A program made the translations under genes and the position numbers. The notes under the pieces are model-generated. The model saw only the letters and a list, made by a program, of their open reading frames with translations, was not told the DNA's origin and ran no database searches. A DNA stretch of 33,368 bases from Octopus bimaculoides (lineage: Eukaryota), in the NCBI RefSeq assembly GCF_001194135.2, contig NC_068990.1, positions 93,632,618-93,665,985 on the forward strand, given 5' to 3'. Every line of letters begins with the position of its first letter. The first letter of the stretch is position 1. Below are positions 1 to 10,301 of this stretch, piece after piece.

Positions 1-454
1 TATATATATATACATGTATGTATGTATTTGAGAGTCTGTGTTTCTTCCCCCACCATCACTTGACAACTGATGTTGGTGTGTTTATGTCCCCATAACTTAG
101 CAGCTCGGCAAACAAGGGAAACCAAAACAACCTGGTTTCAAGTTATCTTTCTTTCACGAGCATATCATGCACATGCAATCTGCTTATATAAATGCACTTA
201 GTTGCTGATTATGCATAAGTTGTACTACATTACAAACTGTCAATTGCAGTCCTCTGGTTATCAGGTTCTTGATAACACACACACACACATTTCTGATAAC
301 CAGAGTCTTTTGATGAACATGTAAGGCTGTACATATAAATTGTGTGTGTGTGTGTGTATGAGGGGAAGTCAAAAATTATCTGCACTTTGGCTATAACATA
401 TATTTATTATTGTCACCCTGCCTTCTGCTCCTCTGTGATTATAATTGGTACTAT

Positions 455-940
455 TGTTGTCACATGATTGAAGTTTGAACCTGATTATGTTGTTTTCCTT
501 TCTGGCTTTACAGTGTAAGCATGGCTGCTCCACTAGCAATGTGCACCAAAGAAGAACAAAGAACAATGATCTGAGAGATGGTAATGGTGAATCGGTTTAC
601 CATTACCATCTCTCAAGCTTGCTGAATCATCTGTTAAGTGGCAGAGGTTGACATGTGTCCTGCTCCCTCATCGTGCGTTTCACTTGTCCGGCCACTTTTA
701 TCTACTCATACACACCTCTATACTGTCCCCGTATTGTGCTAAAAGCCTCCAATGAATTTCAGCACCAGACACACCTTCCAGCCAGAGAAATCGGATCACT
801 ACTCTTGGTTCTTCTTTGGTGCCCATTGCTAGTGGAGCGGCCATGCTTACACTGTAACGCCAGAAAGAAAAATGGCGCGATCAGGCTCAAACTTCATTCA
901 GTCTCATTTCATAAAAATTTTATAGCTTTGGTCACCCTAT
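455..940. mobile_element. Mariner relic made of two inward-facing 5' ends
   Basis: Minus ATG at 844: MAAPLAMGTKEEPRVVIRFLWLEGVSGAEIHWRLLAQYGD (mariner HTH N-terminus). Plus-strand copy of the same start has ATG at 521. A 17-bp hairpin marks the junction. Confidence 0.75.
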
Positions 941-1945
941 GCAATAACAGTTTATTGCAAAGCACAACCTCGGGGATTGTAGGATCTTCCATACAGGTCC
1001 CATGTCCCACCCAGCATAATGGCAATTTCAGCAGGATTATACTCAATACTGGGCATATTTACTCTGTGCAAGACCCCTGGGTTGAAGATGTGGACTTGTT
1101 CATTGCAGATTGTATCTCTTGTGAGTCCAACAGGGAGGAGTCGTTAATTTAGGTTCAAAATATCAGCTTTATAAAAAAAACAAGTTATTTTACTAAATTC
1201 TTCATTATTTTCAAAATTAAATGAAACAAAATGAATGTATTACGACAGAAATAGGGGTTAAACAAGTTGGCCCAATGTTCTCATCTCTGATCTCCCAGTA
1301 GCTCAGAATTTAACAACCAAGCGGAAATACAATGACAATTCTTCAAAGGATAAATAAACCAAGTTTGAAACAAATCTGGGTTACTAGGAACATTTACAAT
1401 CCTAAAATCACTTTTGGCTGGAATACTGGTGGGAGCACTGTGCCATTATATGGAAGATTGTGGCAGGGTGCAGTCTTGCTCCAAATAGCCAACAGTAAGG
1501 AACAAAAATGGGAGGTACCAAGAGTCAAAGGTCATGCTTGGACATTTAAATGATAAAAGCTAAATGTATTCTTTCTTGAGTCTGAATCCAGCTCTCTGCT
1601 CAATCTTGTCTAGAGCCAAGTTAGATTAAGCTCCATACATATCCAAATTAGTTATATTAAATATAAGGAAACAACCACAAAATGAACTGCTCAGGATCTA
1701 CAGCAGCAGAGATAACACCAATACAGAGAAGAGTTAGTACAATAGGTGGCGCTCCAGCATGGGTCTAGCTGTTATGGTTAAAATGAATTATATTAAAGAA
1801 CACAACCATTCACCGTGTAATACATTATGTTAATTACTTCACAGAATATGTGTTGGTAAATAACGAAGTATACAAAGTTGAAGCCATTTTTTATTTCTTG
1901 CAATAAAATTTGGTAAATTCAGAGAATTATATTTTATATACTTAC

Positions 1946-2017
1946 TCTCCCAAGAATTGCAGAAAGAAGGGAACTTTTCCCAGATCCAGTACTGCCACAG
2001 ACTCCAATCATTTCCCC
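1946..2017 (-). CDS. ABCC5: ABCC5-like exon with NBD1 Walker A (GEMIGVCGSTGSGKSSLLSAILGR); gene continues beyond coordinate 1
   Basis: TTCAG/GTAAG boundaries, 72 nt, phase 0/0. Walker A GxxGxGKS. Confidence 0.95.
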
Positions 2018-2179
2018 CTGAATAAAAATAAATAATTTGATTAAATAAAAAGAAATACAGAGACACAGTAAATCATGGGAGCACCTCAAGAAATGGCAAC
2101 AGAGAAGATTTTAGTTCTTGAGAAGTTAAATCTTGTGACATTGTTTCAATTCCAGAAGAGTTTTACTCTTTTCACTTCA

Positions 2180-2590
2180 TTAAAACGTTACTGACAATGA
2201 GAAAGGCTTGAACGATGGATACTGGGAAGTGTTTTGAAAGAGAGATATCAGAGAGAAATATGAAGAAGTGATGGATACCATAGAAAGAGATGATATCAGT
2301 GAGAGAGATAATAGCAAGGTGATATCAAGAAAAGATGAAATGCAAACAGAGACGTGAATATCAGGCAGAGGTATAAGAGAGAGGTGGATATCATGGGGAG
2401 GAGTGGATATCCAAGAGAAATACGACAGAGAGAAATACCCGAGGAGAGTTTTGGGGTAAAGACAGAGAACAAAGAGAGAGGTGGACATCAGGGGAAGATA
2501 TTAGAGAGAGAGAGATCCAATGAGAGAAGGATATGAATGAAATCAGTAGTGGCTGTCATGGAAAGGATGGATACAAAGGTAAAAGGACAT
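2180..2590 (+). repeat. Purine-rich degenerate tandem repeat (GAGAGA/GATATC motifs)
   Basis: Recurring GATATC/GAGAGA units of irregular period. Confidence 0.55.
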
Positions 2591-2620
2591 TTTAGACAGT
2601 AATTGCACTATTCTATATTT

Positions 2621-2848
2621 ATTTCTTTATTGCCCACAGGGGGGCTAAACATAGAGGGGTCAAACAAGGACAGACAAAGGGATTAATTTGATTACATCGA
2701 CCCCAGTGCATAACTGGTACTTTTTTAATCGACCCTGAAAGGATGAAAGGCAAAGTTGACCTTGGCGGAAATTGAACTCAGAACGTAACAGCAGACGAGA
2801 TACCACCATGCATTTTGCCTGGCGTGCTAACGGTTCCACCAGCTTGCA
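2621..2848 (-). mobile_element. tRNA-derived SINE family S2
   Basis: Minus strand ...GTTCTGAGTTCAATTTCCGCCAAGGTCAACTTTGCCTTTCATCCTTTC...AAGTACCAGTT...GGGCAATAAAGAAATAA. Flanked by TTCTATATTT at 2611-2620 and 2852-2861. Degenerate copy at about 22395-22625, head fragment at about 16052-16125. Confidence 0.75.
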
Positions 2849-2850
2849 CC

Positions 2851-3280
2851 GTTCTATATTTTGGGGATGAGGAATTATGTACATTATTTACAATGGATGA
2901 ATAGCTGTTTATTCATCTATTTTTTTTTTTGTTACCACAATGTTTTGGCTGATGTACTCTCCAGCCTTCATCAGGTGTTCTGGTGGAATTTCAATCCCCA
3001 ACCCTTGGGATTGAACTTAGAATCTGAGTTACTAGCCTGCACTCTTATCCACTATGCTATACGATAAGTTCAATCCCAGACAGGGACTTGAAAAATAATA
3101 ACAGAAAAATAACAACAGCAACATACCTTAGGAATGAGAACAGTGAACCCCATTAGTCAGATAAAGGGTTGGGGATTGAAATTCCAACAGAACACCTGAT
3201 GAAGGCTGAAGAGTACACCAGCCAAAACATTGTGGTAACAAAAAAAAAACTATTCATCCATTGTAAATAATAAAGTAATA
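2851..3280. mobile_element. Mirror (self-inverted) tRNA-head/hammerhead-tail SINE, copy A (decayed)
   Basis: Inverted arms about 2880-3007 and 3164-3275. Minus-strand head ATAGCATAGTGGATAAGAG...GTTCAATCC has A- and B-box-like motifs. Both arms carry hammerhead relics with GAAA changed to AAAA. Confidence 0.7.
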
Positions 3281-3356
3281 GCAGTTAGACATAAGTAAAA
3301 AAACAATAAAGGTTTTCAACCAAAAACATTCTAAGATATTTGCTTTTGTTACTCAC

Positions 3357-3460
3357 TTTCTGTAAGGTAAAGCTGATGTCTTTTAAAGTTGTTTGCTGTG
3401 TAGAGTCCATCAAAGAGAATGTTTCTTCTGCTTTGGTAACTCCATTTCCAGACAGTTTAT
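3357..3460 (-). CDS. ABCC5: ABCC5-like exon (KLSGNGVTKAEETFSLMDSTQQTTLKDISFTLQK)
   Basis: TTAG acceptor, GTGAG donor, phase 1 to 0. TLKDISFTL motif precedes Walker A. Confidence 0.88.
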
Positions 3461-3689
3461 CTAACAATTGAATAAAGAGAAAAGAAAAGAAAAAAACTTG
3501 TTCAAATCAAACAATGTCAACCCTTTCTAACATCAGAATGTAACACAACAAAGTTCATGGATATATTAAACAAGTCTAATATGTTTGTTACAGGGTAGCA
3601 ATGCTAATAGGCAGCATTGAAAGTGACACCACTCCATATCCTAATGATAAGGCTGAGCTAGTCTAGAAACATTGATAAAAGGAACTTTA

Positions 3690-4440
3690 AAACCTAAGGA
3701 CTCTAAAAAAATTGTTTCTTTTTTGCCCTGTACTCATCAACTTTAGTAACGCAGAAATAACAATCATCGGCATGGTTACTCGGCTCTCACCACATCATTG
3801 GTATTCTAAAGGACATTTCTTTTTGCTTACTGGCTTTCCAGAGACTCGGCCCTTCCACACAAGTGCAACATACTTTGTGTGGAGTCCAAGGTTTGTCTTT
3901 ATCGCCGAGTTTAAAACCAAAATAAATGAAGAATAGATTTTTGCCAAGATCAGTTATATTCTGTCTCTGCTAAATGACATTGTATCTACCACAAATGTAG
4001 CAGAATATGTCTGAATTGTTCATATTCTTACATCTATAAATACTAATTTTAAATGCAGTTTATAAATAAATACCACCGACAACTGACCTCTGGAACTATT
4101 AAAGCATCAGTTAGCAATCTGGCACACAACTTTTCAAGGTCACGTCATGTGTCAGAGTTGCCAACAACTGTTTAATAAACTTTACATTGGTTGTTATCTT
4201 ACTTTTACGTATATTAGGTCAGCATTAGTTTATAGAAATCTATTTTGTTGGGCAAAGCAAATTAGATAATCACTGTCATCTGATTCTCTGATACCATAAT
4301 GTGGAGAAAAAAATAAAGCTTTGTTACAGAAAAACTAGACGTGATGGAGAAAAACTAATAACAGATCTGAAATCAGAGTAAAAAATTGCTTTAAAAGGTT
4401 ATGGAGACACTTAAAACATAGAAAATAATGCAGACTTGTG
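3690..4440 (-). mobile_element. Chapaev3-like (CMC superfamily) DNA transposon 5' end with degenerate transposase N-terminus
   Basis: Minus translation NNSDIFCYICGRY..*..NITDLGKNLFFIYFGFKLGDKDKPWTPHKVCCTCVE...RIPMMW*EPSNHADDCYFC. Terminus reads CAC at 4440, preceded by TTA (TWA-type target). The family assignment is from recognition of the cysteine pattern. Confidence 0.65.
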
Positions 4441-4659
4441 TAATTAGGTGGGTGAAGTTGGGTTTAATTCTTCTGAATTGTCATCATAATCAATATTATC
4501 CTCTTCATCATCATCCAACGATTTTTGGGCGGAAATTGCAAAGTTAGAAACGTAAAAAGAATTAAAAAGTAGTAAATTTCATCAATATAATTTGTCAGAC
4601 CCATTTTGTAATAAGCATTCTATGGCGAAGGTGACAAAAGAACGGTAATATACAGTAAG

Positions 4660-4836
4660 GAAACAGGAAACAAAAGTTCTCAAATAACGTGGAGACTCCC
4701 TCAAGATGGTGGATAGTTTGTGTTACCTTGGTGATTTAATTAACAGTGGAGGAGGATGCTCTGAAACTATAGTCACTAGAATAGAAAAAGGACAGAGAAA
4801 GTTCAGAGTGCTGTTACCTCTGTTGGTAATAAAGGG

Positions 4837-4919
<83 letters not shown>

Positions 4920-4990
4920 GAGTGAAAGACAGATTGAATGATGCTTGTATATGAACAGAAATGCTACATTGGTAGCGAAATGTGAATGCA
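4660..4990 (+). mobile_element. RTE-like non-LTR reverse transcriptase C-terminal fragment interrupted by (CT)n
   Basis: VDSLCYLGDLINSGGGCSETIVTRIEKGQRKFRVLLPLLVIKGLSL-(CT)n-VKDRLNDAC. Confidence 0.75.
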
Positions 4991-5363
4991 GAGGACAAAA
5001 GGATTGAAATAAATTTTCTTAAGAGATGAATGGATATAGTTTGTATTATGATATTTTCTCTTTCCATATTGTTCTGGATTTGCTTTTTATTCATTTATTT
5101 AATTAAAGTTTATTGCATTATGATTATAAATGGAAACAATAAGTTATTACTATTATATTTAGAAATTATTTATGCCTTTCTGATAACTTCAGTTAAGACA
5201 TATCTTACCACTGTTTGCTTCTACTTGACTTAATTTTATGACTTTAAGTTTTTTTATTGCAGTATTATAGATAAGTTGAAAACTGGGGTTGATGTAACCA
5301 ACTTATCCTAGCCTTAAAATTGCTGGCCTTGTGCCAACATTAGAATCCAATATAAGATATGCA

Positions 5364-5518
5364 TGTGGCTGTGTGGTAAGTAGCTAGCTTACCAACCACA
5401 AGGTTCTGGGTTCAGTCCCACTGTGTGGCACCTTGGGTGAGTGCCTTCTACTATAGCCTCAGGCTGACCAAAGTCTTGTGAGTGGATTTGGTAGATGGAA
5501 ACTGAAAGAAGCCCATCG

Positions 5519-5571
<53 letters not shown>

Positions 5572-5764
5572 ATGTCTGTGTTTGTCTCGCCACCATCGCT
5601 TGACAACTGATGTCGTGTTTACATCCCCGTAACTTAGCAATTCAGCAAAAGAGACCAATAGAATAAGTCCAGGGGTCGACTTGTTTGACGAAAAAGGCGG
5701 TGCTCCAGCATGGCCACAGTCAAATGACTGAAACAAATAAAAGGATAAAAGAATAAAAGAATAC
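5364..5764 (+). mobile_element. tRNA-derived SINE family S1, near full length
   Basis: Head TGGCTGTGTGGTAAG...GGTTCAGTCCC, internal (TA/TG)n linker, 3' part ending (GAATAAAA)n. Multiple copies in the window. Confidence 0.85.
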
Positions 5765-5780
5765 ACTGATAAATACTCAC

Positions 5781-5928
5781 CATCGATCTTGGAGAAGGTC
5801 ACTTCATTACCAAGAGCACTGCTGTCGGTGACATTCCAGTTTAATGTAACTTTGTCAAAAACAACCATTTCTTGATCCTGTAAAGTGTCGCTGGGATTAC
5901 TTTCAATCGTCTCAAGCAGTAGAAGGTC
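5781..5928 (-). CDS. ABCC5: ABCC5-like exon (DLLLLETIESNPSDTLQDQEMVVFDKVTLNWNVTDSSALGNEVTFSKID-D), TMD1-NBD1 linker
   Basis: GAG acceptor after a pyrimidine tract, GTGAG donor, phase 0 to 1. Has the F..VTL.W motif at the start of NBD1. Confidence 0.85.
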
Positions 5929-6041
5929 CTCAAAGAGAAAATAATGCATATCACTGCATAATAAATACAATAATGTGTGTATATGTCTACATCCATACAC
6001 ACAAACACACGTACATGCACATATATATATATACAGATATA

Positions 6042-6586
6042 CGAGGGTGGGTCAAAAAAAATGCCATTTTGTTCAGGACAGGTATAATTACCAACACAGG
6101 AACATGTATCATACATCAAAAGGAAGCTGGTCCTCTGTGGATCACATCCCTACTTCTCAACATAGTCACTGTTTCTCTCAATAGCAATGTTCCACCTTCG
6201 AATAAGAGCATGTATCCCTGCCCCGTAAAATTCTGTTGACTGTTCTTTGAGCCACTTCTTCACTACAGTTTTCACTTCTTCGTCACTGGAATAATGTTTG
6301 CCTCTCAAACCCTCTTTCATGGGGCCGAAGAGATGATAGTCTGATGAGGAAGTGAAAGCTGTAATGAAGAAGTGGCTCAAAGAACAGTCAACAGAATTTT
6401 ATGGGGCAGGGATACATGCTCTCATTCAAAGGTGGAACATTGCTATTGAGAGAAACGGTGACTCTGTTGAGAAGTAGGGATGTGATTCACAGAGGACCAG
6501 CTTCATTTTGATGTATGATACATGTTCCTGTGTTGGTAATTATACCTGTCCTAAACAAAATGGCATTACTTTTTGACTCACCCTTG
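6042..6586. mobile_element. Mariner-derived fold-back MITE made of two 3' ends, TA target duplication
   Basis: TA|CGAGGGTGGGTCAAAAA ... TTTTTGACTCACCCTTG|TA. Both arms encode the transposase C-terminus (SDYHLFGPMKEGLRGKHYSSDEEVK...WNIAIERNSDYVEK and DEEVK...RNGDSVEK*). Confidence 0.9.
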
Positions 6587-6774
6587 TATTACGGTCTTGA
6601 AAGGATAGAAACTCAGACCAAAAGGGGTCTTTACCCTTTATCATCACTATTATTTAAAGATCAAATTCTCCATAATAGCATAGGCTTGAACCATTATGAC
6701 TCTGGCCATGTTGGAGCACTTTCACAAATTTAAACACAGTAAAAAAATGCTAATATTACATCCGATTGACTTAC

Positions 6775-6882
6775 TTGATATCTTTTAATACCAACGATGG
6801 CGTCGGCCAATGACTTGAATGCGTATGGGAGAGAATTTAATGCAAAGTGTAGGCTGTTCAGCACAGTGACCATTGTAAATGC
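6775..6882 (-). CDS. ABCC5: ABCC5-like exon (AFTMVTVLNSLHFALNSLPYAFKSLADAIVGIKRYQ)
   Basis: Polypyrimidine CACAG acceptor, GTAAG donor, 108 nt. Absent from the ORF track. Matches AFTVVTVFNSMTFALKVTPFSVKSLSEASVAVDRF. Confidence 0.93.
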
Positions 6883-7365
6883 CTGTGAAGAAGAAGACAA
6901 GAAGCAGAGAAAGGATGACTAAACTGTATCTATGGTGGATGACTTGGGCGCCGGTTGCTGTAGATTCAAAATATACAATTTGATTATATCACCACCACCA
7001 TCCTCATCCTTCCCATTCTCTGCATCCTCCTCATCATCCTCCTCCTCATCATCAAGTTCATGATGTGGATTATGACGATGATGATCATAATCATCACCAC
7101 CATCATTGCTATCTTGATCATCCCCTTCACATGATCATCATCATCATCATCATCGTTTTTCTCTACACCCTTGGCATCCTCATCATTATCACCACTACTG
7201 CCACCACCACCACTACCACCACCACCACTGGCAAATCACTATCATCATCATCATCATCATCGTTAAAGTTATTAGTGCATTTCAGTTACTTCTCTCAAGA
7301 TGCCCCCCCCATACATAATATCACATTCCCAATTCTACACAACAGAATCAGCCAAGCATTCTATC

Positions 7366-8161
7366 NNNNNNNNNNNNNNNNNNNNNNNNNNNNNNNNNNN
7401 NNNNNNNNNNNNNNNNNNNNNNNNNNNNNNNNNNNNNNNNNNNNNNNNNNNNNNNNNNNNNNNNNNNNNNNNNNNNNNNNNNNNNNNNNNNNNNNNNNNN
7501 NNNNNNNNNNNNNNNNNNNNNNNNNNNNNNNNNNNNNNNNNNNNNNNNNNNNNNNNNNNNNNNNNNNNNNNNNNNNNNNNNNNNNNNNNNNNNNNNNNNN
7601 NNNNNNNNNNNNNNNNNNNNNNNNNNNNNNNNNNNNNNNNNNNNNNNNNNNNNNNNNNNNNNNNNNNNNNNNNNNNNNNNNNNNNNNNNNNNNNNNNNNN
7701 NNNNNNNNNNNNNNNNNNNNNNNNNNNNNNNNNNNNNNNNNNNNNNNNNNNNNNNNNNNNNNNNNNNNNNNNNNNNNNNNNNNNNNNNNNNNNNNNNNNN
7801 NNNNNNNNNNNNNNNNNNNNNNNNNNNNNNNNNNNNNNNNNNNNNNNNNNNNNNNNNNNNNNNNNNNNNNNNNNNNNNNNNNNNNNNNNNNNNNNNNNNN
7901 NNNNNNNNNNNNNNNNNNNNNNNNNNNNNNNNNNNNNNNNNNNNNNNNNNNNNNNNNNNNNNNNNNNNNNNNNNNNNNNNNNNNNNNNNNNNNNNNNNNN
8001 NNNNNNNNNNNNNNNNNNNNNNNNNNNNNNNNNNNNNNNNNNNNNNNNNNNNNNNNNNNNNNNNNNNNNNNNNNNNNNNNNNNNNNNNNNNNNNNNNNNN
8101 NNNNNNNNNNNNNNNNNNNNNNNNNNNNNNNNNNNNNNNNNNNNNNNNNNNNNNNNNNNNN
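7366..8161. other. Assembly gap (N). Other gaps: 8689-8698, 8867-8966, 9767-9914, 17563-17710, 20187-20581, 30390-30813
   Basis: Runs of N. ORF-track entries spanning them are artefacts. Confidence 1.
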
Positions 8162-8244
<83 letters not shown>

Positions 8245-8248
8245 AATG

Positions 8249-8313
<65 letters not shown>

Positions 8314-8331
8314 GATAATAATAATAATAAT
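8162..8331 (+). repeat. (ATA)n microsatellite starting about 10 nt after the exon 8341 donor
   Basis: Direct read. Confidence 0.95.
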
Positions 8332-8340
8332 AGTATATAC

Positions 8341-8489
8341 CTTTATAATAGTCAGATCGTGTTTAGTTAAGACATAAACTAGAAATGTCAAAACAGTGCC
8401 AAGAATTGGTGCCAGTTGCGGAAGGCAGCTATTTACTGCCTGTACAAAACCACATATTTCAAGCAGTTTTTTTTCTTTCAGTCTAATAG
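8341..8489 (-). CDS. ABCC5: ABCC5-like exon (IRLKEKKLLEICGFVQAVNSCLPQLAPILGTVLTFLVYVLTKHDLTIIK)
   Basis: TTCAG/GTATA boundaries, phase 1 to 0. Matches IREEERRILEKAGYFQSI...VVTFSVH. Confidence 0.92.
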
Positions 8490-9371
8490 CTGAAGAAAAT
8501 AAAAAAAGATCATTTCTACAATGAAAATTACTAACTTCAAAGAATGGTTTAAAGGCACCATTCACATTTTTACATGTTTATTGTGCTGTATCAACAAATG
8601 TATGTGTGTGAGTATGCATGCATGTATGTATGTATGTATGTATGTATGTCATTATTCAGTTTATTTCAAGATTTCTTGCCATTAGACANNNNNNNNNNAT
8701 GTATGTCATTATTCAGTTTATTTCAAGATTTCTTGCCATTAGACAAGGCTCCTTCATTGGAATTTCAACATCAACAACAGGGTGTTTTTGTTTGTGTGTG
8801 AGTATGTATGTATGCATGGACTGGCTCCTGTGCAGGTGGCATGTAAAAAAACACCATTTTGAGCATNNNNNNNNNNNNNNNNNNNNNNNNNNNNNNNNNN
8901 NNNNNNNNNNNNNNNNNNNNNNNNNNNNNNNNNNNNNNNNNNNNNNNNNNNNNNNNNNNNNNNNNNGCTGCAGGAGAGTGTACTCATGGTGTAACTCTAG
9001 GGTGAAATCAGTGCCACAATGTCACAAGACTGGACTTTTAGAATAGAGGAAAAACCCAAAGAAAGAAAACGTAGAATGAGAGGGAAAAGAGAGAGGAAAA
9101 GAGGAAGAATGGGAGAGAGCGATCATCATCATCATCAGCAGCAGCAAATTGTCATCGTCATCATCGTCTCCTCACTGTCATCATGTGAAATGCAGTGTTC
9201 TGCAATAAACCTCCATACTGGAATTCATCCAATTTTTTGGGGGTGACACTTGGATACCCTTCCAGACATCAACAGCTCCACCACAAACATCAAAGCATAA
9301 AAAGATTTTAAAGCCAATACTTGTTTGGAAAATAACAGATGAAAACAGATTAACACCATCACAAATATTAC

Positions 9372-9456
9372 CTTTAATTTTTGCAATGAAGGAGTCTTCC
9401 CATGCATACATCTTAATTAGACGGATGTAATTAATGATTTCATTGGTAATATTTAT
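9372..9456 (-). CDS. ABCC5: ABCC5-like exon (INITNEIINYIRLIKMYAWEDSFIAKIK-A)
   Basis: TTTCAG/GTAAT boundaries, phase 0 to 1. Contains the ABCC signature NE...IK.IKMYAWE. Confidence 0.95.
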
Positions 9457-9552
9457 CTGAAATTAGATTGAAATGTTTTTGTATTAATAGAAATATACAT
9501 TATTTACATTATTTACATTTGACGGATATTTGTCCTCATCTTGTTTGTTGTT

Positions 9553-9598
9553 AACACAATGTTTCGGCTGATATACCCTCCAGCCTTCATCAGGTGTC
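9553..9598 (-). ncRNA. Hammerhead motif family 1, left arm of mirror element B (sense to the ABCC pre-mRNA)
   Basis: Exact reverse complement of 10010-10055. Confidence 0.65.
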
Positions 9599-9650
9599 TT
9601 GGGGAAATTTCAAACCTGGGTTCTCATTCCTAAGGTATTTTTCGATGTTA

Positions 9651-9695
<45 letters not shown>

Positions 9696-9914
9696 TCACT
9701 GCCTGGAATCAAACTAGGAATCTTGGGATTAGTAGCCCGTGCTCTTAACCCCAAGATTCCGAGTTCNNNNNNNNNNNNNNNNNNNNNNNNNNNNNNNNNN
9801 NNNNNNNNNNNNNNNNNNNNNNNNNNNNNNNNNNNNNNNNNNNNNNNNNNNNNNNNNNNNNNNNNNNNNNNNNNNNNNNNNNNNNNNNNNNNNNNNNNNN
9901 NNNNNNNNNNNNNN

Positions 9915-9957
<43 letters not shown>

Positions 9958-10009
9958 TAACATCGAAAAATACCTTAGGAATGAGAACCCAGGTTTGAAA
10001 TTTCCCCAA

Positions 10010-10055
10010 GACACCTGATGAAGGCTGGAGGGTATATCAGCCGAAACATTGTGTT
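10010..10055 (+). ncRNA. Hammerhead motif family 1, right arm of mirror element B (ACGT changed to ACAT)
   Basis: GACAC CTGATGA A GGCTG gagggtatat CAGCC GAAAC ATT GTGTT. Confidence 0.65.
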
Positions 10056-10229
10056 AACAACAAACAAGATGAGGACAAATATCCGTCAAATGTAAATAAT
10101 GTAAATAATTCCTCATCTCTTAAATATAGAACTAATAGAAATACCTCATCCTGCACCTTTTTAATTCAAAGCGCTTCAAAATTCCAATGGCATCCATATT
10201 TATTCTTAGTATGTTGCAGCAAATTTAAA

Positions 10230-10260
10230 CATCATCATCATCATCATCATCATCATCATT

Positions 10261-10301
<41 letters not shown>

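Larger units (their letters stand above)
9496..10132. mobile_element. Mirror tRNA-head/hammerhead-tail SINE, copy B, flanked by an 11-bp direct repeat
   Basis: Arms are identical where sequenced. TAATAGAAATA occurs at 9485-9495 and 10133-10143. An N gap (9767-9914) lies inside. Confidence 0.75.

Noticed and set aside
252-305. 13-bp inverted repeat CTCTGGTTATCAG / CTGATAACCAGAG around a (CA)n tract
   Set aside because: Short and isolated, with no TSD or second copy. Insufficient for a functional or mobile-element call.
3005-3060. tRNA gene
   Set aside because: A and B boxes are present but there is no complete cloverleaf. It is the head of a repeated SINE.
6342-6360. CTGATGAGGAAGTGAAAG hammerhead-like words
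   Set aside because: No stem II. Fully explained as mariner coding sequence (SDEEVK).
7065-8565. Long ORFs spanning N gaps and microsatellites (also 19974-21021 and 30140-30887)
   Set aside because: Their length comes from N runs and simple repeats. Only the embedded ABCC exons are real.
8640-8747. Direct duplication of about 50 bp either side of a 10-N gap
   Set aside because: Typical unmerged contig overlap, so an assembly artefact.
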